This document shows positions 29,120-39,603 of a stretch of 64,000 bases of DNA, in pieces. A program made the translations under genes and the position numbers. How positions within the stretch are numbered: position 1 is the first letter of the stretch; each line of letters opens with the position of its first letter. The DNA comes from a virus (Duplodnaviria; Caudoviricetes), in the IMG/VR virus record IMGVR_UViG_3300017963_000189, one strand, 5' to 3'. The notes beneath the pieces were generated by a model that had not been told where the DNA came from, did not search any database, and worked only from the letters and a program-made list of their open reading frames with translations.

Positions 29120-29915
29120 TTATTCTCTCTATAATTAAATTAGGATTTTTCTTAACTTCACTTTCCCATATTCGTATAACTTCAAATCCGTTTTCCATCG
29201 CAAGTTGTTCCTTAAACTTATCATTTTCTTTAACTTCATTTACCCCTTTAAAATAATCATGTTTATGTCCAGGACCACCATGCCAATAATCTCCATCTAC
29301 TTCTATAAATAGTTTCTTATTTTTTATTTTGAAATCAAATGACTTACAAATACCGCCCCTCGTTAAAAAATATTGAAAATGATACTCTATACTATTTTTC
29401 GCCAATTCGTCGGCAACCATTTTTTCAACACTATTCATTTCTTTATGAGAAAATATTTTTTTAATAACTTCAGGTGAATGTGTTTTTCCTTGCATTGGAT
29501 TTATGTAATCCGGTTGTTGAGCTCGTTTTAATGCGGATTTACTCATATTATTACGTGCGTTTATTGTATTTTTCAAACCGATTCGCCAATGTCCTTCTTT
29601 TTCTATTTTATCTTTATGTGTTTTACTTATTTTTTCTTTTGATTTTTTTGATAATTTAGCTCCATATCGAGGCGCCTTTTCACCAACTAAAATTGTTTTT
29701 CTATATTCATTACTACACTTCATCGAACAAGTTTTATGACCTTTTACTATCGTCTCACAAATTCTACATCTATACCAATTATTAAAATCATTTGGAAATT
29801 GATCTATAAACTTTTCTACATATTGAATATATAACATTTGATGTTGTGATTTTATATGCCATCCAATAGCCTTGTTACCAATTTCTTTCCCACATATTCT
29901 ACATATTCTTTTCAT
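29106..29915 (-). mobile_element. free-standing homing endonuclease-like gene (Zn finger + NUMOD3-like repeats + Vsr/DUF559 nuclease)
   Basis: C..C...H...H; LSKKSKEKISKTH, GKTHSPEVIKK; FIEVDGDYWH...IRIWESE; sits between two paralogous structural genes. Confidence 0.75.
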
Positions 29916-29918
29916 AAT

Positions 29919-29957
29919 AAAAAACCGCCTTTCTATATATAAATATAAAAAAGCGGA
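29919..29957 (-). terminator. terminator/RBS-sequestering hairpin enclosing the late motif
   Basis: CCGCTTTTTT pairs with AGAAAGGCGG, followed by T6; ATATTTATAT lies in the loop. Confidence 0.6.
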
Positions 29958-30019
29958 ATTTTTAATATATTCTATCTTTATTTTTAATAAAACAACACAA
30001 CTACAATAAAAACAATGTG

Positions 30020-31312
30020 CTAATAGTCAAGCTTCACCTTGATTAGCGCCTCGCGATCAAATGACTTCAATAATGGAACACTTACTTTAGCGACCGCAAG
30101 AAGTTCATTAGATTCATTATAAAGACCAACCGTAGTAATATATGAATGTGGATCACCAATAAATGTAGGTACTTTTAATGTACCATCAGATGATGTATAA
30201 TAAGTTGGATTATTACTTAAATTATAGTCTTTATTCTTTATTCTTACAAAATAATTCGTTGATGTTATTACTTCCTCGTTTCTCGCCGTAAAATATGAAG
30301 CAGATTTGATCATTTCATATAACTTGAAATGATTGTCGGCTAATGTAGTTGACGCAGAACCGGTCGAAACAAACGATCCCATATGTGCTTCTAATGCGTT
30401 TGGATTGAGAATAATAAGTCCACGATCAGGATAAAATAATCCATATCCACCGGACGCTTCACTTGCAGCATCCTTGTAAACAGTCGCTGTAGCACCAACA
30501 TTCAAACTACCACTAACTACATTAAAAAGTCGTCCACCTTGAGATACCGCTTGATCAAATTTTTGAGCACTATCATCAATCAAACGAATCACAGTACTAT
30601 TATTCGCTAAACTGGCTTGCAATCTCAATTCCCAATTACCCGCATCCATTTTTTGTTTCAAACGAGCACGTTGTAAATTAATTACAAAAATTTGATCACT
30701 ATCCCAACTATTGGCGAAAGTAAAAGTTTCATCTTCAGGATCAAGTAACATATTTCTATATTGAGAATAAATAGCTTTTGTTGGTTCTTTTGATGTGTCC
30801 AATACACTTATTCTTGGAGCACCACCACCATTTTGATGTCCATACGCAACAGCAAATTGAACTTCAGCACTCGCAGATATATTTGGATCAAGATTATAAA
30901 TATCATAATACCAATCACCAGTACTTGAAGATTGAGCAGTAGAACGATAAAATTGAATCAAACTACCAGTATCACCGGTCCACATACCGGTTGTTGTTCG
31001 ACGGCTCATATTCTCAACAATATCTTCGCCACCAAAATCGGTATACACTTTCAACGTTGTTGTTGGACGCACTTCTCTCGGAGGAGTAGTTATCGGTCTT
31101 GCTTCCATTGCCCTATTTATAATTTCAGTCCAATATTGTTCAGGAACACCTGCTCCATCCAACACACTTCGTGCTTCCGACGAATCAGTTATATTATTAG
31201 CTTGTAAAATACTTACTGCCGAATCTACTTTTTGCGCGGGTGATATGGGCGCTCTACGCCACATCATACCTATTTGTCTTTCCGCACTTCTTCTTTGCGT
31301 TGCTGTTGCCAT
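30020..31312 (-). CDS. putative baseplate/tail structural protein
   Basis: YITTVGLYNE.NELLAVAK.S.PL.K.FD.EALIKVKLDY; located in the structural block. Confidence 0.6.
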   Translation of the reverse strand: MATATQRRSAERQIGMMWRRAPISPAQKVDSAVSILQANNITDSSEARSVLDGAGVPEQYWTEIINRAMEARPITTPPREVRPTTTLKVYTDFGGEDIVENMSRRTTTGMWTGDTGSLIQFYRSTAQSSSTGDWYYDIYNLDPNISASAEVQFAVAYGHQNGGGAPRISVLDTSKEPTKAIYSQYRNMLLDPEDETFTFANSWDSDQIFVINLQRARLKQKMDAGNWELRLQASLANNSTVIRLIDDSAQKFDQAVSQGGRLFNVVSGSLNVGATATVYKDAASEASGGYGLFYPDRGLIILNPNALEAHMGSFVSTGSASTTLADNHFKLYEMIKSASYFTARNEEVITSTNYFVRIKNKDYNLSNNPTYYTSSDGTLKVPTFIGDPHSYITTVGLYNESNELLAVAKVSVPLLKSFDREALIKVKLDY

Positions 31313-31351
31313 TTTATTATTCTCCTATATATTTCTTTTTACGAATAACTA

Positions 31352-32005
31352 TTAACTTTTACCGTATATTCTATCACGATAAATAGTAATAGGAATAGTT
31401 CTCGTCGCACCCGTATCATTACCAATTATCGTTACGTTTGTTTTTACAAATGTACTTGTATACGCAGTAACGTCTTTACTAATAAGAGTAAATGACTTAC
31501 CAACTTTTACAAGAGATTGATTCAATTCATCGTCACGTAGAAATGATGGAATTGCAGGTACAACAGATTGATCTACCGTAGATTTCACTTGTAAGTCAAG
31601 ATAATTTGAATTTTCCACAATAGCAGTATATCCAAAAGTATCTGCTTCATAAAATCTCGTTTTAGGTTGAATAAGAACTTCGTCACCTTCCTTACCAAGT
31701 TGAATAGTAGAAAATCCAACAGTAAGAAGCGGCATTTTCGTAGTTGTCTTTGGTAGAGTTACAAGTTTGTATCTCATGATTTGTGTTTCGTCAGGTGTCG
31801 CCTCAATCACTGGCATATTTTCAATGATCGTTCCATAATAATTCGTTCCCAATGGATGATCGGCTTGCCATAAACCATAATCAACTTCATCATCAGCAAG
31901 AGCAAACTTTGAAATGTTAATAGTTCCACCTTTTGATAAAATTTCTCTACCTTTTTTAGTTAAGATAGCTTCAACCGTTACAGTTGTATTATCTAAATAT
32001 CCCAT
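31352..32005 (-). CDS. putative virion structural protein
   Basis: MGYLDNTTVTVEAILTKKGRE...FALADDEVDY; motif I associate with jumbo-phage structural blocks. Confidence 0.55.
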   Translation of the reverse strand: MGYLDNTTVTVEAILTKKGREILSKGGTINISKFALADDEVDYGLWQADHPLGTNYYGTIIENMPVIEATPDETQIMRYKLVTLPKTTTKMPLLTVGFSTIQLGKEGDEVLIQPKTRFYEADTFGYTAIVENSNYLDLQVKSTVDQSVVPAIPSFLRDDELNQSLVKVGKSFTLISKDVTAYTSTFVKTNVTIIGNDTGATRTIPITIYRDRIYGKS

Positions 32006-32074
32006 TTTATTGTTCTCCTATTATTACATACATTTCTATTCATATATAAATATAAGTAATGAAAATATTTACTT

Positions 32075-35000
32075 TTATTCTACAGTTATTTTTGACGGCC
32101 CTTGATCAGTGGCTTTCAATTTGTTTGGATTAGTAAAGGTAATCTCAACAGGATCTTTTCCATCAATAGTTGTATCTTTTGTATTCAATGTTCCTTTATA
32201 CCAAACTTCACTTTGTATTTCTCTATATTGTATCAACCAATTTCCTTGATGTAAATCATACACATAATGATAAGGGCTTATCACTACTTTACCATCCGAA
32301 CCAGTATAATATTGTAATCGAGTATATGTTTTTTCGCCATTACTTCCAATAGATTCACTAATATGATCAAATACTTGTCGTTTCGTTTGAAATCTACTCC
32401 AATTATAATTAGGATTATCTTGTACCGGCCATACCATATCAACTGTTTGTTGATCATCCCTTTCACCAGGTACAAAAAGTGATCCAGTACCAGCATAAAT
32501 ACCAGGACTAAATCCTTGTTGAGCTTGTTTCGAACCTGCTCCGGCTAACGATTCATCAGTAACAACGACCGGTGTTTGTTGAAAATATGTTGATTTTTCA
32601 CCCATACCCAAATCTAACTCAGTAACATGAGTCAAATATTCAGATTCAGACATATGAGTCATTTGAAGTGTAGTTTCATAATGAATATAATCATTACTAA
32701 ATGTTGGATGTGTCGCCCGATCTAAATTGGCTTGATAATCCTTTCTATCTTCCTCAAGTGGTTGCCATTTGACTTTATACCTCTCAAGTATATGTGGTTC
32801 AATCAATGTTCCAACTACTGGCTTAGCACGTGCAGGAATTAATGATTTCAAATGATCAAAAAATGATTGATCGTAATTCTTTATCACTCGTATAAAATCA
32901 TTGTGATCCGGTCTACTTGTGTACTTTTCCCAATAAAATTTATTCAATTCATCTAAATCACTATATGTACTTTTAAACTTATCTCTTGGATCACCGATAT
33001 ATCCTAATAAATCTAATCCAGCATATGTTCCAACTATGTCTTTATTTATCGCGTCTTGTGGAGTAAAATATATTCCAAGTTTTGGCGAATCATTTGGTGC
33101 TCTATCAAATTGAGCTTTCTCAACTCTCTTTCCAACACTTAGTTGACCATACGCAATCTCGTTGTCCTCAAGTCGTATTTTGTTGTTGATAAAACGACCA
33201 GCACCAATCAACGGTGTAATAGCAGCATATTCTTCCGTTATTGAATGATAATTTATTTCACTATCGAAATTGTTCGCTGTTCCAGGTAAAACGCCAGGAC
33301 CTGGACTTGAACCTTGATTTGCTTTTATATCAGTTACGGTCGTCGATAACGCATGATTTACAGGATCGTCAAATGAATATCTCAATGTCAAATCCCAATA
33401 TGTTCTTCTTGGATCGTTTGAGTTGTATGACTTCGGCCATCTTACATGATTATTAAAAGTTGATTCCGATAACGCTGTTTGATATAATTTAAATTCTTGT
33501 ACCGATCCAGTGAATTGTTGTCCAAATGTAGCACTACTATCTCCACCAATGTAAAATGTTCCTGCTGATTGATAATCAGAAGTATAATTAATGCTAGCAG
33601 AAGATTCCCAAATAACGTGATCCCCTTCGGCTTTTTTAGTTATAAGTTGAAGTGAATCATTTGACCCACTAACTCTTAACATTACAGTGTTAAACTCACC
33701 ATCATAATATTGATATTCTTCCGTATTAGCACTATTATTAGAACTATCCACGATTTGAAGGCTACCATATTGACTTTTCGAACCTTTGACAAGATTTATA
33801 CCAAAATACCCATTTACATGAAATAATGATTGTGTTAGTTTTGTGTCAGTCGGCGCGGCAGCGAACCTGAACTCAATCGTTTGTGGATATATACTTTGTG
33901 TGTACGCACTCCAAGCACGTGAAACACTTTGACTGCCTTCCATATCTAACGCATATACAAAATCGTCAAATATCCAAGCTGACTTTTGTTCAAAATTTTC
34001 ATAATCTCTTGGATCAGGACCACCGTATTCCCTTATCGTCAATAATGATGTTGGAATACCATAACACGCTAATAACGCCTTGATCGATCTCGACGTTCCT
34101 TTTGTTTTCAACATATAAGGTAAATTATTAAGTATTCTTCTCCATATTTCTTTTGACGCATCTTCGCTACTCATATGTGTTTCATTCGAACCACTTACAC
34201 TAACCGCAGACCCGCTTGAATATGAACTATAACTACCGGTATTAGCAAATCCTAATGTATACTTCCACAACTCAGTATTATCTTGACCACCTTTCATGTC
34301 AAATCCCATTGACTTAGCAACATTATATGTTAAGTCTTTCGCCAGACCCTCATATAACGATTCATCACGATTGGCGACCATCGTAAGATGTCTTACATAT
34401 GTGTACAAAATGTCAAAATGTTGTCCTATCATATACATGAATGTCAAATAATCCTCGTTATCTTCCTCTACACTCAGGTACGCAGGTATGTTGTTTATAA
34501 AACTATGTATGTTGTCACGATCAAATCTCTGAGCAATCGTTAGTTGATCGTTATACCAATCTGTCGCTTGGGATGAAGTCAATGTATATAATTCATATGG
34601 TTCAGTTGTATTTTGTTTCGGCCATTCATGTATTGGATTTGTAAGATATTCGCCACTTAAAAGCGATCCAGAATAAGATGAACCGGATGTGTAATATAAA
34701 TGTTTTTCATATGAATCAAATGTATTTATCGTTTGACGAATCTTTGACCTAAATCCACTAATACTTTGTGACACATATAACGAATCGGCTACACTCGCGG
34801 AATATAGTGTCGTTTTCTTTATATTTTCGTTGTATTCGTCTATAACTTCCATTTTATATTTGAAATTTTTCAATCTTTCTTCGGCTGAACCAAAATGTAT
34901 AAAGTTATAATAACTACTCCAATCAATATTCAATGAAACGTCACCAACATCTGACGCACTAAAATAATGATCTATAAGTTGTTGTGATGTCGAAGCTTCA

Positions 35001-36166
35001 GTAGAAACTAAACTATTCCACGTCTCAAATCCAGTCCCACGACCCGTCATTCCTGCAACTTCTACATCCCAATTCGCTGGACGTAGTAATCTACCTTCCT
35101 CTTGTATATCTTCACTACCAAGTAAGAAAACTTTTTCAATGACTGATGGAGTTATTTGACGTGAAACCCATAATTGATCTTTTACCTTTACTTCTCTTGG
35201 AAGTGGCTCATATAATTTGAATACGATTGAATTTGGCGCTTCAGGATATTTTACATTGTCATTTACCCAATTAGTAACCAAATAATGTTTACCATCACCA
35301 AAATTCAAATAAAAATCACCATTCTTGGCATCAGCATCTTGAAATGTAAATCCATTTACTAATTGAGTCAAATCCTGGAACGCTTGAAGCATCACTTCTT
35401 GTTGATCCCAACCATCACCAAAAACTTCAGTCCAAACACTTTCATGTACACTATTTATTATTTCTTGTTGTTCTTCTCTTGAAAGAATATCTTGTGGATT
35501 GTTTTGATATGCATCTATTGCAGCAGCAACTTTCTCAATCGTTGTATCTCGTAAAGTAATTCTTTGACCACTAACTTGTCTCAATAATTTTCTATCATAT
35601 CCAAAAGCGGAAGCAAATTGGCGAGCCCCAATTCGTTTCATTCTCGCATTGAAACGACGATTGAATTCTTCCTTCCCAACTCCAGGATTAGAAAAATTAA
35701 GAAATTCACTTGCAAATATAGCATCTATTCCGGCAACATCTTTCTTTACCGGTAAAACTCTTATTTCCTTTCTTGATGGTGAAATTTCATCAATGAATAC
35801 TTTCCCACGATCACGTAAACCAACCGTACCACTACCTAACTCGTCACGATAAAAATCATAAACAATACGATATTGACCACGATTAAAACCACTACCTCTT
35901 AAATCGTCGCCAGGACGTAAGATTAATCTCGTTGGCGAAAACTGATCGTATAATTCGTACGGTGGTTCTTTGATTGTCCATAAAATTTGATTATCTTCCA
36001 TGTCATACACAGAAAATTCAATCGTATCTCGACCACTCAAATTATAGTTTTCTTCAAGAAATTTATCAAAAAAGATTAATGTCAAATCCTTTTCAGCTAT
36101 CTTTTCGCCACGAACCCGACCAGTTTGGTTCTTTATTTCTTCATAATTTTTAAAATCTTTGATCAT
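32075..36166 (-). CDS. large virion/baseplate protein with LamG/ConA-like domain
   Basis: TIEFRF...FTGSVQEFKLY...L.LRYSFD; ILNNLPYMLKTKGT.RSI baseplate-like segment. Confidence 0.6.
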   Translation of the reverse strand: MIKDFKNYEEIKNQTGRVRGEKIAEKDLTLIFFDKFLEENYNLSGRDTIEFSVYDMEDNQILWTIKEPPYELYDQFSPTRLILRPGDDLRGSGFNRGQYRIVYDFYRDELGSGTVGLRDRGKVFIDEISPSRKEIRVLPVKKDVAGIDAIFASEFLNFSNPGVGKEEFNRRFNARMKRIGARQFASAFGYDRKLLRQVSGQRITLRDTTIEKVAAAIDAYQNNPQDILSREEQQEIINSVHESVWTEVFGDGWDQQEVMLQAFQDLTQLVNGFTFQDADAKNGDFYLNFGDGKHYLVTNWVNDNVKYPEAPNSIVFKLYEPLPREVKVKDQLWVSRQITPSVIEKVFLLGSEDIQEEGRLLRPANWDVEVAGMTGRGTGFETWNSLVSTEASTSQQLIDHYFSASDVGDVSLNIDWSSYYNFIHFGSAEERLKNFKYKMEVIDEYNENIKKTTLYSASVADSLYVSQSISGFRSKIRQTINTFDSYEKHLYYTSGSSYSGSLLSGEYLTNPIHEWPKQNTTEPYELYTLTSSQATDWYNDQLTIAQRFDRDNIHSFINNIPAYLSVEEDNEDYLTFMYMIGQHFDILYTYVRHLTMVANRDESLYEGLAKDLTYNVAKSMGFDMKGGQDNTELWKYTLGFANTGSYSSYSSGSAVSVSGSNETHMSSEDASKEIWRRILNNLPYMLKTKGTSRSIKALLACYGIPTSLLTIREYGGPDPRDYENFEQKSAWIFDDFVYALDMEGSQSVSRAWSAYTQSIYPQTIEFRFAAAPTDTKLTQSLFHVNGYFGINLVKGSKSQYGSLQIVDSSNNSANTEEYQYYDGEFNTVMLRVSGSNDSLQLITKKAEGDHVIWESSASINYTSDYQSAGTFYIGGDSSATFGQQFTGSVQEFKLYQTALSESTFNNHVRWPKSYNSNDPRRTYWDLTLRYSFDDPVNHALSTTVTDIKANQGSSPGPGVLPGTANNFDSEINYHSITEEYAAITPLIGAGRFINNKIRLEDNEIAYGQLSVGKRVEKAQFDRAPNDSPKLGIYFTPQDAINKDIVGTYAGLDLLGYIGDPRDKFKSTYSDLDELNKFYWEKYTSRPDHNDFIRVIKNYDQSFFDHLKSLIPARAKPVVGTLIEPHILERYKVKWQPLEEDRKDYQANLDRATHPTFSNDYIHYETTLQMTHMSESEYLTHVTELDLGMGEKSTYFQQTPVVVTDESLAGAGSKQAQQGFSPGIYAGTGSLFVPGERDDQQTVDMVWPVQDNPNYNWSRFQTKRQVFDHISESIGSNGEKTYTRLQYYTGSDGKVVISPYHYVYDLHQGNWLIQYREIQSEVWYKGTLNTKDTTIDGKDPVEITFTNPNKLKATDQGPSKITVE

Positions 36167-36178
36167 TATTAATTCCCA

Positions 36179-37435
36179 TTAAAGTCTGTTTCGATTTCCG
36201 TCGCCTTCCGATTGTTCACTATATCCATTATATGAAAGTATTAATTGTTTAATATCATCCGGTATTGTAAAAGTTACAACATTTCCCGATCTACCACTAA
36301 CATTATCTTGTTTCTTCCAAGTATTATTATCAGTAACTGTATACCAATGACCTAAACTTATCACTCCATCCGTACCCTCAACATCTATCATTGATACTCT
36401 CAACGTTTGTCCTGGAATTACATTTATATCAAATGGATTGTTAACAGGAGCTCCGCTTTGATCTACTACATTCCCTTCACTATCCGACAATCTCCAAGTA
36501 AATCTTCCCTCAACATCGTCTCTCGCCCCAACAAGTTGTCCACTAATAAGTTCTATCATTTGAAAAGTCAATCTATCAGTCGTTACAACTGGTGGCGCTT
36601 CATCTTTATACGCGACCGCAAAAGTGAATTTATTTTCATCACCTTGATTTGCTTCACGTTCATCCGTAAGATTCATTGAAATGATATTTTTTTGACCACC
36701 ATATGCTATATAATCTTGTGTATTTCCTAAATTCTCTGAATCAAAATACCATCCTTGAAAATATTCCGGATTAGCAATTCCACTTGTAAATCTTGCTGTT
36801 ATTTGTCCGGTCTCATTATTTCTTGATATTTCATAGTTAATTCTTTGAGAAGGCACATTAAGTTGATTAGGCTCTATTCGTTGAGTGTCCGTATTCCATA
36901 TAGCAGTTTGAACATTTATTGTAAAACCTTCAACCTCTAATGTATATGGAGCTAATCTATCTCCACTTAACAAGACTTCAGTTCCGGTTGGAGACGTTCC
37001 ATCTCCATCTCCGTCGCCCGTTCCATCACCATCAGAAACAACTTCCTGAACGATTATGTCGGCTTCAGCTTCTGCAAGAAGTCGTCTCATTCTTTCTATT
37101 TCTTCTCTCAATTCATCAGCAGTTTTCGTCTTTGGTGACTTGAATAACTCATTTATCTCCGTATCAAACACCTTTTGTATTTCGCCGTCATTATAATCTC
37201 GTCTCTCAACCATTACTGACATATATTGGTTTACAAGTTGTTTATTACTACCAAGATTATTCGGATCTTCATGTAATAAAATGTTACCCATATCATCACG
37301 TTCAGTAGAAATTAAACCACCTGATACCGTAAGTGCGTTTAAGGTTTTCGCCCTTAACTCTTGTTCAGTTAAAGCTTTCCCCTCAGCACCAATAGAATCT
37401 TGTTGACGTTTTGCTTCTTTTGTTGGTTGTGCCAT
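36179..37435 (-). CDS. putative virion protein (418 aa)
   Basis: ORF track; GDGTGDGDGDG linker; structural block. Confidence 0.6.
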   Translation of the reverse strand: MAQPTKEAKRQQDSIGAEGKALTEQELRAKTLNALTVSGGLISTERDDMGNILLHEDPNNLGSNKQLVNQYMSVMVERRDYNDGEIQKVFDTEINELFKSPKTKTADELREEIERMRRLLAEAEADIIVQEVVSDGDGTGDGDGDGTSPTGTEVLLSGDRLAPYTLEVEGFTINVQTAIWNTDTQRIEPNQLNVPSQRINYEISRNNETGQITARFTSGIANPEYFQGWYFDSENLGNTQDYIAYGGQKNIISMNLTDEREANQGDENKFTFAVAYKDEAPPVVTTDRLTFQMIELISGQLVGARDDVEGRFTWRLSDSEGNVVDQSGAPVNNPFDINVIPGQTLRVSMIDVEGTDGVISLGHWYTVTDNNTWKKQDNVSGRSGNVVTFTIPDDIKQLILSYNGYSEQSEGDGNRNRL

Positions 37436-37441
37436 ACCTTA

Positions 37442-39103
37442 TTACCTTATTACTCTAAATGTATAATTTTTGTCATATACAGTTTCTATATTTCCTTTTA
37501 CTACTTTAAATAATATTCTATACAATCTTTCTGGCTCAAGTCCATTCAAGAATAAATCAAAATAACTTCCAGTCGCATCCACAGAAATTTGAGTATATGT
37601 TGACCACGGCATAACTTCGTCCTCACTCCACGCGTCACGTATAGCATAATAAGACGAAGATAAGAAATAAGTGTCTCGTGTGTACGCCCAACTTTGTGTT
37701 ACAAATGTCTTTCTTGGATAACGTTCTCTAGCATTTACTCTAAACTTTATCTTAGAATCTTGTACATATTCATCTTGTAAATTGTCAAGATAAATAACGA
37801 AATCCTCTCCAGGTACAACATCCATTAGTTGTGTTGTCGTTGTTGATTGTGATATTGAACTCGATAAACTTGAACTTGTCCACGTATATGATGTCGTTAC
37901 CGCATCAAAACTTTGACTTGTATAATATCCCGCTACAGGATTATACGTCCACATAGCATCACTGGATGTTAATGAAGCTGAACTAAAATATACACTCGCA
38001 CTTTCAAACTCCGATCCAAGACTTGCTGTATAAAAATTAACAATAGTAAAACTCGATGTCAAACTACTACTAATCCATGTATTACTTTGACTTATACTTT
38101 CACTTATACTTGAACTTGTATATGTATCAAATGAAGCGGTTGTAAATGTATAATCTAAACTTGAACTACGATATAAACCAAGGCTGCTCGTGTAAGAATA
38201 AATAGATTGTGTCACCCACGAATAACTTTCACTATACCATGTGTTCGCATCATCACTTTGAGTAAAATATCCACTTCCAGTTCCTACCCCACTTCCAGTA
38301 AAAAAACTTGAAGTATTATAATATATTATAGGATTTGTTGTTTCATTCGTCACCGTTGCAGAACTCGACACACTTTGACTTATACTTGACGTTGTATATG
38401 GCGACCAAGCATAATCTTTCCAAACCACTTCTAATCTTGGACGATAAATTGTGTGTGTTTCTTTTGAAAAGAATTGAAGATTTCCTTGATTCAAAATACT
38501 TTGTTCAGCAGCATTATCTCTCTTTATCAAAAATCCATAATTATCTATTGACCCACTCAACCAACCTTCAACAATATTTGTTACATCAACGTGTAAATCC
38601 GTTGTTTGATAATTAAATGATTGTGATGCTTCATATTTTGTTGGATTTGCTAACGTTCCACTAAAATATGCTCCACCAGGACCACCAGCCGAACCGGACG
38701 ACCACGCACTACCAGTCACACCAGATATAGTTACACCATCACGAAGATTCCAACTTACACCGGTTGTTGTAATCGGGCTATCAGCTCTCTTACCATTACC
38801 CATTTGCCAGGATTGTGATACCGGATAAACATATACACTATATGTTACAGGAATTTCTACAGCTTCATCAGTGTAAAGATTCAAGTAGTATTTCATATCA
38901 CTACCACTTGTTTCGCCGGACGCTAACGAGGCAGAAAAGTCGTCCAAATCAAATTGTACCAAAATACGTGAATTGAATGGAGCGTCACCGAGCGCGTGTA
39001 CAAGTTGTTTCTCTAACTCCAATATTTGATCCATTCCAGTATTTTGATGTATACTGTCCTCATAAATCGTGGCGTCTTTCGAAGGAAAGATAAAATAATG
39101 CAT
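37442..39103 (-). CDS. putative virion protein with Ser/Thr-rich insertion
   Basis: KDATIYE...NTG.D.ILE, NYGFLIK, FFSKETHTIY.P.L (DNRLRE-like); S/T-rich aa ~235-425. Confidence 0.65.
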   Translation of the reverse strand: MHYFIFPSKDATIYEDSIHQNTGMDQILELEKQLVHALGDAPFNSRILVQFDLDDFSASLASGETSGSDMKYYLNLYTDEAVEIPVTYSVYVYPVSQSWQMGNGKRADSPITTTGVSWNLRDGVTISGVTGSAWSSGSAGGPGGAYFSGTLANPTKYEASQSFNYQTTDLHVDVTNIVEGWLSGSIDNYGFLIKRDNAAEQSILNQGNLQFFSKETHTIYRPRLEVVWKDYAWSPYTTSSISQSVSSSATVTNETTNPIIYYNTSSFFTGSGVGTGSGYFTQSDDANTWYSESYSWVTQSIYSYTSSLGLYRSSSLDYTFTTASFDTYTSSSISESISQSNTWISSSLTSSFTIVNFYTASLGSEFESASVYFSSASLTSSDAMWTYNPVAGYYTSQSFDAVTTSYTWTSSSLSSSISQSTTTTQLMDVVPGEDFVIYLDNLQDEYVQDSKIKFRVNARERYPRKTFVTQSWAYTRDTYFLSSSYYAIRDAWSEDEVMPWSTYTQISVDATGSYFDLFLNGLEPERLYRILFKVVKGNIETVYDKNYTFRVIR

Positions 39104-39603
39104 TATTTATTCTCCAAATATTTTTCAACAGCGTCTTTAACAACCTCTGTCCATTGTTTTAAGCTTGAAGTTCCCAATTTGAGATTCCAACCTTTATCTT
39201 TAGCAAGTTTGTCAATCTCTTTTTTATACCCTTTTTTATCAGTATCACCGTATGTAGAAAGAGCATCCTCTTTAAATTTATCGATTTCTCTTTTAGCAAA
39301 AATAGGATAATCATAGTTTAAATCTTTATATGAACCGGGCACCGCTCCACGATCATCTTTTGAAAGTTGAAACCAAGGCACTCCAGTCGAATAAATATGT
39401 CTAAGCCATACATACCCACCCGGTACTTTGATTGAATATAATTGTCCACGACCATGATATTTAATTGAATCACTACCCAATTCTTTCGCCACTATTTTGG
39501 CTACGTGTTTACCATATTTTCTCATTATCCAACGGCTAACATGAGTGTCTACATAATCTTTCATTGGTGCCGTACCTTCTACTAAACTTGTTAATTTTAT
39601 CAT
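39103..39603 (-). CDS. leader-bearing hypothetical protein
   Basis: MIKLTSLVE N-terminus. Confidence 0.7.
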   Translation of the reverse strand: MIKLTSLVEGTAPMKDYVDTHVSRWIMRKYGKHVAKIVAKELGSDSIKYHGRGQLYSIKVPGGYVWLRHIYSTGVPWFQLSKDDRGAVPGSYKDLNYDYPIFAKREIDKFKEDALSTYGDTDKKGYKKEIDKLAKDKGWNLKLGTSSLKQWTEVVKDAVEKYLENK

